Below, piece after piece: positions 28,637 through 39,124 of a stretch of DNA of 64,000 bases. The translations under genes and the position numbers were made by a program. This DNA comes from Acidimicrobiia bacterium (GTDB lineage: Bacteria; Actinomycetota; Acidimicrobiia; Acidimicrobiales; CATQHL01): contig VXNF01000083.1 in NCBI GenBank assembly GCA_009840735.1, forward strand, positions 10,040-74,039. The letters are read 5' to 3'. Under the pieces are notes generated by a model. That model was given only the letters and a program-made list of their open reading frames with translations, made no database searches and was not told the DNA's origin. How positions within the stretch are numbered: position 1 is the stretch's first letter; the number at the start of each line of letters is the position of its first letter.

Positions 28637-29689
28637 ATGCGAGACGTCGCAGCTCTGTTGGGCGAGGACGCTGACGACCTGCTCGGCCACACCGCTAAAG
28701 CCATTCCCGCTGAGGACCTGCACCTGCCCGGCCCGGATTTCGTGGATCGCGTAGCCGCCGCCGGCGCCCGCTCGCCGCAGGTCCTGCGCAACTTGCAGGC
28801 GCTGTTCGACCACGGCCGCCTAGCCGGCACCGGCTACGTGTCGATCCTGCCGGTGGACCAGGGCGTCGAGCACTCCGGCGCCGCCAGCTTCGCTCCCAAC
28901 CCGGGCTACTTCGACCCCGAGAACATCGTGCGCCTCGCCGTCGAGGGTGGCTGCAACGCCGTGGCCTCCACCTTCGGCGTGCTCGGCGCGGTTTCCCGGC
29001 GCTGGGCGCACCGCATCCCGTTCATCGTGAAGCTCAACCACAACGAGCTGCTGAGCCATCCCAACAGCTACGACCAGGTGATCTTCGGCAGCGTCGAGCA
29101 GGCATACGAGTTGGGCGCCGCCGGCGTAGGTGCCACCGTTTACTTCGGGTCGCCGCAGTCGCGCCGGCAGATCGTCGAGATCAGCGAGACCTTCGAGGAG
29201 GCTCACCGGCTCGGCATGTTCTGCGTGCTGTGGTGCTACCTGCGCAGCGACGCCTTCAAGACCGGCGGCGTGGACTACCACGGCGCCGCCGACCTCACCG
29301 GACAGGCCAACCACCTCGGCGTCACCATCGGCGCCGACATCATCAAGCAGAAGCTGCCCGAGAACAACGGCGGCTACGGCGCCGTGGGTTTTGGGCGCAC
29401 CAGTCCGCTCCTCTACAGCGACCTCACCTCCGACCACCCGATCGACCTGACGCGCTGGCAGGTCGTCAACTGCTACATGGGCCGGGCGGGGCTCATCAAC
29501 TCCGGCGGCGCCAGCGCCGGCGCCGCCGACCTGGCCGAGGCGGTGCGCACCGCGGTGATCAACAAGCGGGCCGGCGGCACCGGGCTCATCAGCGGGCGCA
29601 AGGCGTTCCAGCGCCCGATGGCTGACGGCATCGAGCTGCTCGGCGCCATCCAGGACGTCTACCTTGACGCCTCCATCGGGGTGGCCTGA
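28637..29689 (+). CDS. fbaB: Class I fructose-bisphosphate aldolase (FbaB/DhnA type)
   Basis: From the ATG at 28637 (AGGAG Shine-Dalgarno 7 nt upstream) the 350-aa product is near-colinear with E. coli FbaB as I recall it. Shared segments include [51 protein letters not shown] and [15 protein letters not shown]. Confidence 0.85.
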   Translation: MRDVAALLGEDADDLLGHTAKAIPAEDLHLPGPDFVDRVAAAGARSPQVLRNLQALFDHGRLAGTGYVSILPVDQGVEHSGAASFAPNPGYFDPENIVRLAVEGGCNAVASTFGVLGAVSRRWAHRIPFIVKLNHNELLSHPNSYDQVIFGSVEQAYELGAAGVGATVYFGSPQSRRQIVEISETFEEAHRLGMFCVLWCYLRSDAFKTGGVDYHGAADLTGQANHLGVTIGADIIKQKLPENNGGYGAVGFGRTSPLLYSDLTSDHPIDLTRWQVVNCYMGRAGLINSGGASAGAADLAEAVRTAVINKRAGGTGLISGRKAFQRPMADGIELLGAIQDVYLDASIGVA

Positions 29690-29872
29690 AGCCCGGCCAC
29701 CTCCAGCGCCACCAGACCGCCGCCTCCTGATCCCGGCCCCGGATCGATTTCCAGGCATGCCTCCGCCAGAATGACCCGCCGCAATGACGGTCGGTGGCCG
29801 GGCGCGATTTCCCCCTTCAACGGGCCAGCTTGTCGTATCGTGACGTCGGTGCGACCTGTCCGCGACCGGCTG

Positions 29873-29888
29873 TGTGAACAAGGTCACA
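29873..29888. promoter_or_regulatory. Perfect CRP/FNR (GlxR-type) palindrome TGTGA-N6-TCACA
   Basis: The sequence is tgtgaacaaggtcaca. It lies ~137 nt upstream of the korA GTG, within a 335-nt intergenic region. Confidence 0.5.
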
Positions 29889-30024
29889 CTCAGGCTCACA
29901 GGGCCCAAGTCCGGCCCCGGCCCCGGCGCGGCGGTACTAGATTGCAGGACTGGTCGGCCGCCCGGCGCAGAGCCGCAGCCAGAGGCACCGACACACGCGG
30001 ATCCCCAAGACCGAGGGAACACAC

Positions 30025-31894
30025 GTGACCGATACCGCCACGCAGCAACCGGCGTCCCGACTGGACCTCGACCGGTTGGTCATCCGCTTCGCCGGCGACT
30101 CCGGCGACGGCATGCAGCTGACCGGCGACCGCTTCACCAGCGCCAGCGCCCTGTTCGGCAACGACCTCGCCACCCTGCCGGACTTCCCCGCCGAGATCCG
30201 GGCGCCGGCCGGCACGCTGCACGGCGTCTCGGCCTTCCAGGTGCAGGTGGCGAGTGACACGGTAACCACGCCCGGCGACGCCCCCACGGTGCTCGTGGCC
30301 ATGAACCCCGCCGCGTTGCGCAGCGAGTTGGGCCGCCTCGAGGCGGGCGGCACGGTGATCGTCAACTCCGACGCCTTCGAGGAGCGCAACCTCGACAAGG
30401 CCGGCTACAGCGACGACCCGCTGGCCGACGGCACCCTCGACGGCTACGCCACGTACCTGGTGCCCATGACGAGCCTCACCAAGGAGGTCTGCAAAGACCT
30501 CGGTGTGAAGCCCCGCGACGCCGAGCGCAGCAAGAACTTCTTCGCGCTCGGGGTGGTGAGCTGGCTGTTCGACCGTCCGGTCCAGCCCACCCTGGACTGG
30601 ATCGAGATGAAGTTCGGCAAGCGGCCCCTCGTGGCGGCCGCCAACACGGCGGCCTTCAAGGCCGGCCACGCCTTCGGCGAGACCGCCGAGATGTTCCAAG
30701 CCACCTACACGGTGCGCCCTGCCGAGCTCGAACCGGGCACCTACACCAGCATCAATGGCAACACGGCGCTGTCGTGGGGGCTGATCGCCGCCGCCCAGCA
30801 GGCCAAGCTGCCGCTGTTCCTGGCCTCATACCCCATCACGCCGGCCTCCGACATCCTGCATGAACTGTCGGGGCGCAAGAACTTCGGCGTGCGCACCTTC
30901 CAGGCCGAGGACGAGATCGCTGCCGTCTGCGCCGCAGTCGGCGCCTCTTTCGGCGGCCACATCGGCGTCACCACCACTAGCGGCCCCGGCTTGGCGCTGA
31001 AGGCCGAGACCATCGGTCTGGCGCTCAGCATCGAGCTTCCGCTCGTGGTGATCGACATTCAGCGGGGCGGCCCGTCCACGGGTCTGCCCACCAAGACCGA
31101 AGCCTCGGACCTCAATCTGGCGCTGTACGGCCGCCATGGCGAGGCCCCGCTGCCGGTCGTGGCCGCCTACAGCCCCTCGCAGTGCTTCTTCGCCGCCATC
31201 GAGGCGGTGCGGATCGCCCTCAAGTACCGCACGCCGGTGATCCTGCTCTCCGACGGCTATCTGGCGAACGGCTCCGAACCGTGGCGCCTGCCCGACCTGG
31301 ACGACCTGCCCGACATCAGCGTCGATTTCACCACCGCGTTCAACGACACTGACGAGGACGGCGCCCCGGTCTTCCGGCCCTACAAGCGCGACCCCGAGAC
31401 GCTGGCCCGGCCCTGGGCGATCCCGGGCACCCCTGATCTGATGCACCGGGTCGGCGGGCTTGAGAAGGAGGAGGTCACCGGCAACATCTCCTATGCGTCC
31501 GCCAACCACCGCCGCATGACCGAGCTGCGCGCCGCCAAGGTGGACGGCGTGGCCGCTGACATCCCGCCGACGATGCTCGACAGCGACGGTCCGGCGGAGA
31601 TGGCGGTGCTGTCGTGGGGCTCGGTGTGGGGAGCGGTCACCAGCGCGGTCCGGCGGGTGCGCCCCGCCGGCGTCGCCGTCGACCACCTGCACCTCACCCA
31701 CCTCAACCCGCTGCCCGCCGACTTGGGTGAGGTGCTGGGCCGGTACCGCAGCGTGCTCGTCCCGGAGATGAACCTGGGGCAGCTGGCCTCGGTCGTCCGA
31801 TCCCGCTACCTGATCGACGTGCAGTCGATCACCAAGGTGGAAGGGGTGCCGTTCACGGCGAGCGAGATCGCCGCCGCCATCGCAGGAGCCGCAG

Positions 31895-31905
<11 letters not shown>
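30025..31905 (+). CDS. korA: 2-oxoglutarate/2-oxoacid:ferredoxin oxidoreductase subunit alpha
   Basis: The product is 626 aa and contains the motifs GDSGDGMQLTG, ASYPITPASDILH and TTTSGPGLALK. Confidence 0.9.
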
Positions 31906-32923
<1,018 letters not shown>

Positions 32924-32966
32924 CGCTCGTCTCCTCGCGGCACGGGCCGGGGATCGCGGTGCCGCT

Positions 32967-33788
32967 GTGAGTGCCGCGCGCAATGTCGTCATCGACCTCG
33001 ACGGGGTCATGTGGGTGGGGGAGCGGCCCGTGCCCGGTGCGGCCGAGGCGGCCAACCGGCTGGCGGCGGCGGGTTGGCGCGTGGTCTATGTGACCAACAT
33101 GTCGCGTCTCACCGTCGGCGCGCAGCAGGAGCGGCTGGCGCGCTGCGGGGTGCGTCCGCTGACCGAGGTGGTCACCTCAGCCACGGCGGCTGCGTCGCTG
33201 CTGGCGCCGGGGGACCGGGTAATGGTCTGCGGCGGCGCTGGCATCGTCGAGGCCGTCGAGAGCACCGGCGCCGTTGTGGCCTGCTTTGCGGGCGATCGTT
33301 CGGGCTCGCAGCCGACCGCCGACGGGGACCGCACCGGGGAGCGCTTTGACGCGGTCGTGGTGGGGATGGATCCGAGTTTCGATTACAAGGCCTGCGGTCG
33401 GGCCATGCGTGCGGTGCGGGCCGGGGCTCGCCTCATCGGCACGAACCACGACCCGACCTATCCCACGCCCGACGGCCTCGAGGCCGGCGGGGGAGCGATC
33501 CTGGCGGCGGTGGCCACCGCAGCGGAGACCGAACCTACCCTCGCCGGCAAGCCCAACGAAGCCACGGTGAGCTGCGTGCGGCGGCGCCTCGGGGTTGGCC
33601 CCGGCGTTGTGGTTGGTGACCGCCCCGACAGTGACGGCCTGCTCGCTGAGGCGCTGGGTTTCGATTTCGCCCTGGTTCTGAGCGGCGTGACAGGGCGGGC
33701 GGACCTGCCGGTGCAGCCCGAGCCGGCAATCGTTGCCGCTGACCTCCCGTGCGTGGTCGACGCCCTGCTCACAGAACCGGTCGGCTAG
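32967..33788 (+). CDS. HAD-superfamily subfamily IIA hydrolase
   Basis: The product has a VIDLDGVMW (DxDG) N-terminal motif, GKPN, and a distal VGDRPDSD motif. Confidence 0.75.
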   Translation: MSAARNVVIDLDGVMWVGERPVPGAAEAANRLAAAGWRVVYVTNMSRLTVGAQQERLARCGVRPLTEVVTSATAAASLLAPGDRVMVCGGAGIVEAVESTGAVVACFAGDRSGSQPTADGDRTGERFDAVVVGMDPSFDYKACGRAMRAVRAGARLIGTNHDPTYPTPDGLEAGGGAILAAVATAAETEPTLAGKPNEATVSCVRRRLGVGPGVVVGDRPDSDGLLAEALGFDFALVLSGVTGRADLPVQPEPAIVAADLPCVVDALLTEPVG

Positions 33789-33797
33789 TTCAGGGCG

Positions 33798-34634
33798 GTG
33801 AACTCCCCTAGGCGGCGCCGACTCGATGCCGAGCTGGTGCGCCGCGGGCTGGCAGCCAGCGGGGAGCAGGCCCGCCAGCTGATCGACGAGCGGGCGGTGA
33901 CGGTCAACGGGGCGGTCGCCGAGCGAGCCGCCCGGGCAGTGCTTCCCGGTGACGCCCTCGATGTGCTGCGTCCACCCCGCTTCGTGGGCCGGGGCGGAGA
34001 GAAGCTCGACGGCGCCCTGACGGCGTTAGGCCTCGAGGTGCGCGGTCGGCGCTGCATCGATGTGGGCGCTTCCACCGGCGGATTCACCGACTGTCTCCTG
34101 CAGCGGGGCGCGGCGAGCGTGGCGGCCGTGGACGTGGGCCGGGCGCAGCTGCATGAGCGCCTACTGGCCACCCCGCGGGTGCGTAACCACGCCGGGGTGA
34201 ACGTCCGCCATCTGCAGCCCGGCGAGGTCGGCGGCCCGGCGGACCTCGTGACCGTGGATCTGTCGTTCATCAGTCTCCGGGTGGTGATGGCGCGCCTCGC
34301 TGCGCTCGCCGCTGCTGGCGGCGACCTGTTGGCGCTGGTGAAGCCGCAGTTCGAGGCCGGCCGGCGCGAGGCCGCCGCCGCCAAGGGTGTGATCCGCTCG
34401 CCGGGGGTGTGGCGGCGCACCCTGACCGAGGTGATCGCCGTCGCCGAGGCGGAGGGACTCGCCCCTCAGGCGGTGGTGCTGGCGGACCCGCCCGGCGCCG
34501 AGGGCAACGCCGAGTTCTTTCTGCACTGCACCAAGCCGCCAGCGGGGGACTGCGCCCCGCCGGCGTCGGCGCTCGGTGGCACCGTCGATGCGGCGGTGCG
34601 GGCCGCAGCATCGCTCGGCGGTCTCGTAGTCTGA
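33798..34634 (+). CDS. tlyA: TlyA-family rRNA (cytidine-2'-O)-methyltransferase
   Basis: The S4-like N-terminus is RLDAELVRRGLAASGEQARQLI. The SAM-binding motif DVGASTGGFTDCLLQRGA and the segment LVKPQFEAGR are present. Confidence 0.85.
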   Translation: MNSPRRRRLDAELVRRGLAASGEQARQLIDERAVTVNGAVAERAARAVLPGDALDVLRPPRFVGRGGEKLDGALTALGLEVRGRRCIDVGASTGGFTDCLLQRGAASVAAVDVGRAQLHERLLATPRVRNHAGVNVRHLQPGEVGGPADLVTVDLSFISLRVVMARLAALAAAGGDLLALVKPQFEAGRREAAAAKGVIRSPGVWRRTLTEVIAVAEAEGLAPQAVVLADPPGAEGNAEFFLHCTKPPAGDCAPPASALGGTVDAAVRAAASLGGLVV

Positions 34635-34638
34635 GCCC

Positions 34639-35496
34639 GTGGCTCGGTTCGCGCTGGTGGTGCATCCTCGCCGCCCTCCGGCGCGCCTGCTGGCCCAGGA
34701 GTTGGCGGGCTGGCTGGCCGCCGAGGGCCACGAGGTGCGACTTCCCGGACCGGACGCCGCCTCCGCCGACCTGGCCGACTTGGCCTGTGCCGACGCGGAG
34801 GTCGGCGGGGCGGACCTCGTGGTGAGCCTCGGCGGCGACGGGAGCATCCTGCGGGCGGTCCGCTTGGCGGCCGACGCGGGCGTGGCGGTTCTGGGCGTGA
34901 ACTTCGGGCAGCTGGCCTACCTGGCCGAGCTGGAGCCCGGCGACGCCCGCGGCGCCATCGGGCGCTGGCTGGCCGGGGAGTTCGAGATCGTTGAGCGGAT
35001 GCGCTTGGCGGTGCGGGTGCGCGCCGACGGCGGCGACTACTCCGGGCCGCCGCTGGGCGCGCTGAACGAAGCCGTCGTCGAGAAGCTCGACCGGGGACGC
35101 AGCGTCCGCCTCAGCCTCAGCGTCGACGGACGCCACTTCGCCACCTACCGCGCCGACGGCCTGATCGTGGCGTCACCGACTGGGTCCACGGCGTACTCGT
35201 TGAGCGTGCGCGGCCCTATCCTTGCCCCCACGCATCAGGCGCTCGTCGTGACGCCCGTCTCGCCGCATTCGCTCTTCGACCGCTCGCTGGTGTTGCCGCC
35301 GGCGACGGACCTCCGCCTCGAGGTGACCTCCGAGCAGCCCGCCGCCTTGTCGCTAGACGGCGACGTGTGCCGGGTTCTCAGCCCCGGCGGCGTAGTGGAA
35401 TGCACCGCCTCGGCTCGACCCGCCCGCTTGGTGAGCTTCAGCCACCGCCGTTTCGACGACATCCTGAAGGCCAAGTTCGCCCTCGGGGACCGCTGA
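34639..35496 (+). CDS. nadK: NAD+ kinase
   Basis: The product contains the GGDGSILRA motif and the segments NEAVVEK and ASPTGSTAYSLS. Confidence 0.9.
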   Translation: MARFALVVHPRRPPARLLAQELAGWLAAEGHEVRLPGPDAASADLADLACADAEVGGADLVVSLGGDGSILRAVRLAADAGVAVLGVNFGQLAYLAELEPGDARGAIGRWLAGEFEIVERMRLAVRVRADGGDYSGPPLGALNEAVVEKLDRGRSVRLSLSVDGRHFATYRADGLIVASPTGSTAYSLSVRGPILAPTHQALVVTPVSPHSLFDRSLVLPPATDLRLEVTSEQPAALSLDGDVCRVLSPGGVVECTASARPARLVSFSHRRFDDILKAKFALGDR

Positions 35497-35591
35497 GAGC
35501 CAGCCGCGGCGACGCCCGCGGCGCGCAGGAGACCGCGGAGAGATCACATGCACGCCACCCATAGACGCGCCGGCCGCGCCGGCACCCCGAC

Positions 35592-37193
35592 TTGCTGACC
35601 GACCTCGTCGTTCGCAACATGGTTTTGATCGAGGAGCTGGCCCTCGAGTTCGCTGACGGCATGACGGTGCTCACCGGCGAGACCGGCGCTGGCAAGACGC
35701 TGCTCACTCAGGCAGTCGGACTGCTGGCCGGCGGGCGGGCCAATCCGGGGCTGATCCGCACTGGCGCTGCAGAAACCGAGGTCGAGGGTCGCTTCATCGG
35801 GAGCGATGGCGAGGAACTCGTGGTGCGCCGGGTCGTCCCGGCCAACGGGCGCGGCCGCGCCTACCTCAACGGACGCCTGGCCCCGCTGAGCGCCCTGCAG
35901 GAAGCCGTCGGCGACCGGGTGGACATCTGCGGCCAGCACAACCATCAAGCACTGCTGCGCCCTGCGGTGCGCCGCAGCGCGCTCGACCGGTTCGCCGGTG
36001 TCGACACCGGCCCGCTGGCCGCCGCCCGGCGGCGCTGCGCGGCGCTGAGCGAACGGCTGGCGGCGCTCGGCGGCGACGAGCGCACCCGCGCCCGCGAGCT
36101 GGACGTTCTGGAGCATCAGTTGGCGATCCTCGACGCCGCCGCCCTCGGCGACCACCGAGAGGAGGAGCAGCTCGAGGCCAGCGAACGGCTGCTGACCGAG
36201 GCGGCGGCGATTCGCGAGGCCGCCGCGGGCGCCGCCTGCCTGCTCGGCGCCGACGGCCCGGCCGGGGAGGCCCTCGGGACCGCGCAGAGCCGCCTGGACC
36301 CGTTCGATCCGTTGGCGGGCCCCGCCGACCGGCTCCGCGGGCTCATCGCGGAGGCCACCGACTTGGCCGCCGAACTCCGGCGGGTTGCCGATGAGGTGCG
36401 GGAGGATCCGGTCCGTTTGGCCGAAGTGGTGGAGCGGCGTGCCCTGTTGGCGGGGCTGCGCCGCCGCTTCGGCGCCACGCTGGCCGAGGTGATGGACTTC
36501 GCCGATGGGGCGCGTCGGCGCTTGGCGGAGCTGCAGGACGCCGAGGGGGCCGCGGCGCGGTTAGCCAGCGAACTCGAGGCGGCGCAGGAGGCCGAGCGCG
36601 CCGAGGCGGCCCGCCTGGGAGAGTGCCGTCGCCGGACCGCGCCCGCACTGGGCGAGGCGGTGACGGCGGAGCTGCGCCACCTGGCGATGCCCAACGCCCG
36701 CCTGAGCCTGCGTGTCGGCGCCGACCCGGGCGACGAAGTCGATTTCCTGTTGGCGGTCAACTCGGGGGCCGAGCCGGCGCCGCTGACGCAGGTGGCCTCC
36801 GGCGGCGAGCTGTCTCGTGGGATGCTGGCGCTGCACGTCGTCCTGCTGGCGGCGCCGCCGACGGTCCTGTTGGACGAGGTGGACGCCGGGATCGGCGGCG
36901 AGGCGGGCAACTCGGTGGGACGCGCCCTGGCCAGGCTGGCGAAGCAGCGCCAGACCCTCGTGGTGACCCACTTGGCGCAGGTCGCGGCGTACGCCGACGG
37001 CCATGTGAGCCTGCAGAAGCGCGACGACGGGGCTGAGGCGCGGATCAGCGCTCGCGTCCTCGACGGCCAGGAGCGTCTCGTGGAGTTGGCGCGGATGCTG
37101 TCGGGTTCGCCGCGCAGCGGGTCGGCCCGCCGGCACGCCGCGGAGCTGCTCGGCCGAGCCTCAGCCGAGCGCGGCGAACCGCCGCCGGCCTGA
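35592..37193 (+). CDS. recN: DNA repair protein RecN
   Basis: The N-terminal Walker A is VLTGETGAGKTLL. A long coiled-coil middle follows. The C-terminal segments are ASGGELSRGMLAL and LLDEVDAGIGG. The start is a TTG. Confidence 0.9.
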   Translation: MLTDLVVRNMVLIEELALEFADGMTVLTGETGAGKTLLTQAVGLLAGGRANPGLIRTGAAETEVEGRFIGSDGEELVVRRVVPANGRGRAYLNGRLAPLSALQEAVGDRVDICGQHNHQALLRPAVRRSALDRFAGVDTGPLAAARRRCAALSERLAALGGDERTRARELDVLEHQLAILDAAALGDHREEEQLEASERLLTEAAAIREAAAGAACLLGADGPAGEALGTAQSRLDPFDPLAGPADRLRGLIAEATDLAAELRRVADEVREDPVRLAEVVERRALLAGLRRRFGATLAEVMDFADGARRRLAELQDAEGAAARLASELEAAQEAERAEAARLGECRRRTAPALGEAVTAELRHLAMPNARLSLRVGADPGDEVDFLLAVNSGAEPAPLTQVASGGELSRGMLALHVVLLAAPPTVLLDEVDAGIGGEAGNSVGRALARLAKQRQTLVVTHLAQVAAYADGHVSLQKRDDGAEARISARVLDGQERLVELARMLSGSPRSGSARRHAAELLGRASAERGEPPPA

Positions 37194-37233
37194 TTGAGCG
37201 GCCTGCTCGGCGGCCTCGGCGCGCGGGGGCGGC

Positions 37234-37911
37234 TCAGGGTGCCTGCGCCCGCCCGTCGTCGAGGTGTTCGAGAGCCTCGGCCATGCCGCGCAGGGAGAAC
37301 TCGGCGCGGGCGAGCAGCGCGGCTGTCCCAGCGGAGTGGCCGAGTCCGGTCCGCCCGGCGAGCTGCTCGGCTGATTCCCAGCTGGCGCGCTGGTAGAGCG
37401 CGATGCTCAGCACGCGGGCGGCGGCCGCGGTCGCCTCGGCCACGAGGGACTCGCCGGTGCTCCAGTGCGACGCGCTCGCCAGGATGTCCTGCGGCCAGCG
37501 AGTCCAGGCGTCGTGTGTCCAGTCGCCGGCACCGAGTCGATGCCGCACCAGGACATCGGCGTCTCCCCACGGCCAGATGTTCCGCCAGGTCACGAGGCTG
37601 ACCCAGTTTCCCTCCGCATCGCAGGCGATCGTCAGTAGGGCGGGCGTGTCGGGCCAGCCGGACACGTTCTCGCCGATGTACTCGTAGCTGGTGGCGGGGG
37701 TGGTGATATGCGGCTCGCCGACGTCGGTGTAGTCGAAGATCCATCCCCCCGGCCGCGCCCGCGCCACCAGCGTCAGCGGTGTCAACGGCACCACTTCGGC
37801 ACCGAGCGGTGCCGTCGCCGCCTCGTGGTACAGGCTGTCGAGCGGGGCTGTGGCCGCGGGGTCGAAGTAGCACGAGGCGTGCAGGTTCAGCGACACGGCG
37901 CCGTCAGCCAC
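37234..37911 (-). CDS. Hypothetical protein (Trp-rich, no recognised family)
   Basis: This is a 225-aa ORF with a GTG start and non-shadow-like composition (W/Y/H-rich). It lies immediately after recN at the edge of an accessory stretch. Confidence 0.5.
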   Translation of the reverse strand: MADGAVSLNLHASCYFDPAATAPLDSLYHEAATAPLGAEVVPLTPLTLVARARPGGWIFDYTDVGEPHITTPATSYEYIGENVSGWPDTPALLTIACDAEGNWVSLVTWRNIWPWGDADVLVRHRLGAGDWTHDAWTRWPQDILASASHWSTGESLVAEATAAAARVLSIALYQRASWESAEQLAGRTGLGHSAGTAALLARAEFSLRGMAEALEHLDDGRAQAP

Positions 37912-38422
37912 GCTGCGGTCACCCCCACATCTCTCGAGCCGACGACGGCCCGGCCGATAGCTCGCGCGTCACCGGTCCCGCGCACCACAACGCGCCCCAC
38001 GAGGACCCTCAGGCTTGCCTCAGGCGTCGACAGCTAGCGCTCGCGTCCATGCCCCTATCCGGTTCGTCGTGCCGCGTGCCCGACAGCGATCAGGCGCCGA
38101 AACGTCAATACCCCGGGCGCATGCCACTGGAGCACTGGCGACACCGGGGAATCAGCATGAACGATACGCTCGATCCTCGCGGCGTTCAACCACTGCTCTA
38201 ATCGTCTGGGGGCGACGACCTACCCGCCGACCCACGTTCGCGATGCGGTGGTCTTGCCGTGGGAGTCTCCGCGCGGCCGCCGGTGGGCGCAGATCACGTC
38301 GTCGCTGCCTCAGCCAGCGGCGCAGGCCCGGACCGTTCCGGTGAAATTGCCGCGGCTTTGCGCAGGCTCTTGGAGGCCGCGCCCGAGTAGAAACCAGGCG
38401 GTTGTTCGATCTCGTTGGTTGC

Positions 38423-38857
38423 TCAGAGATCGCGGTAGATAGTTTGATACTCACCGAAGGTATTCATGGCGGCGCGAATGTGGGGGCCGTCGTCTCCGGC
38501 CCAGACGCACAGCGGCGCCTCGAGGCGCTCCGCGGCGGCGACTGCCTCGGCACCGAGGGTGGACAGGCGGTGTGCGCCGGCGATTTCTGCCATGCGGAAG
38601 GCAAGCTCGCGCATGGGTATGACCATGATCTCGTCGGGGAGGGCGACGAGCCGTCGACCCAGCGCGCTACGCACCTCGGCGGGCAACGAACCCGTAAGGG
38701 CGCCCCCCGTCGCGGACGAGACGCTCTTGCAAAGCCGCAGCAGGTACAGGTTCGTGGTCGCAGGCTCGTGGTCTGCCAGGATCGCCTCGAGCCCGAGGTC
38801 GATCCGGCCCGTCAGCAGGTCGTGTAGGAGATGGTCGTCGACGACCGCACTGCTCAT
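38423..38857 (-). CDS. PIN-like toxin candidate (type II TA)
   Basis: The product is 144 aa. An N-terminal VVDDHLLHDLL segment resembles PIN beta1 with its Asp. The C-terminal STLGAEAVAAAERLEAPLCVWAGDDG resembles the PIN (S/T)xxDA...APL..xD pattern. An ATGA overlap joins it to the upstream AbrB-type gene. Confidence 0.55.
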   Translation of the reverse strand: MSSAVVDDHLLHDLLTGRIDLGLEAILADHEPATTNLYLLRLCKSVSSATGGALTGSLPAEVRSALGRRLVALPDEIMVIPMRELAFRMAEIAGAHRLSTLGAEAVAAAERLEAPLCVWAGDDGPHIRAAMNTFGEYQTIYRDL

Positions 38858-39093
38858 GTGGTGGCGAGGTCGGGATCGTCGGCCAGTGACCGGACGTAGG
38901 CGGCGTGCTCGTCGCGACTAAGCAGATCGTCGAGCAACCGACCGCCCTCGCCCTTGGGCACAGTCAGGACGCCGAAGCCGAGGTCCAGCACATCGACCGG
39001 CCCCCCATTGTGGAGCCCCCAACGCCGGCGAGCCGGGGCGGGAAGGGACATCTGCCCCGACGCCGAAACCCGGAACTCGTGCAAATCGCTCAT
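38854..39093 (-). CDS. AbrB/MazE/SpoVT-family antitoxin candidate
   Basis: The ATG at 39093 gives MSDLHEFRVSASGQMSLPAPARRRWGLHNGGPVDVLDLGFGVLTVP, a swapped-hairpin AbrB-like pattern. The product is 79 aa. Confidence 0.65.
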   Translation of the reverse strand: MSDLHEFRVSASGQMSLPAPARRRWGLHNGGPVDVLDLGFGVLTVPKGEGGRLLDDLLSRDEHAAYVRSLADDPDLATT

Positions 39094-39124
39094 GCGCTCA
39101 GTGTACTTGGTAATGACCATGCTG

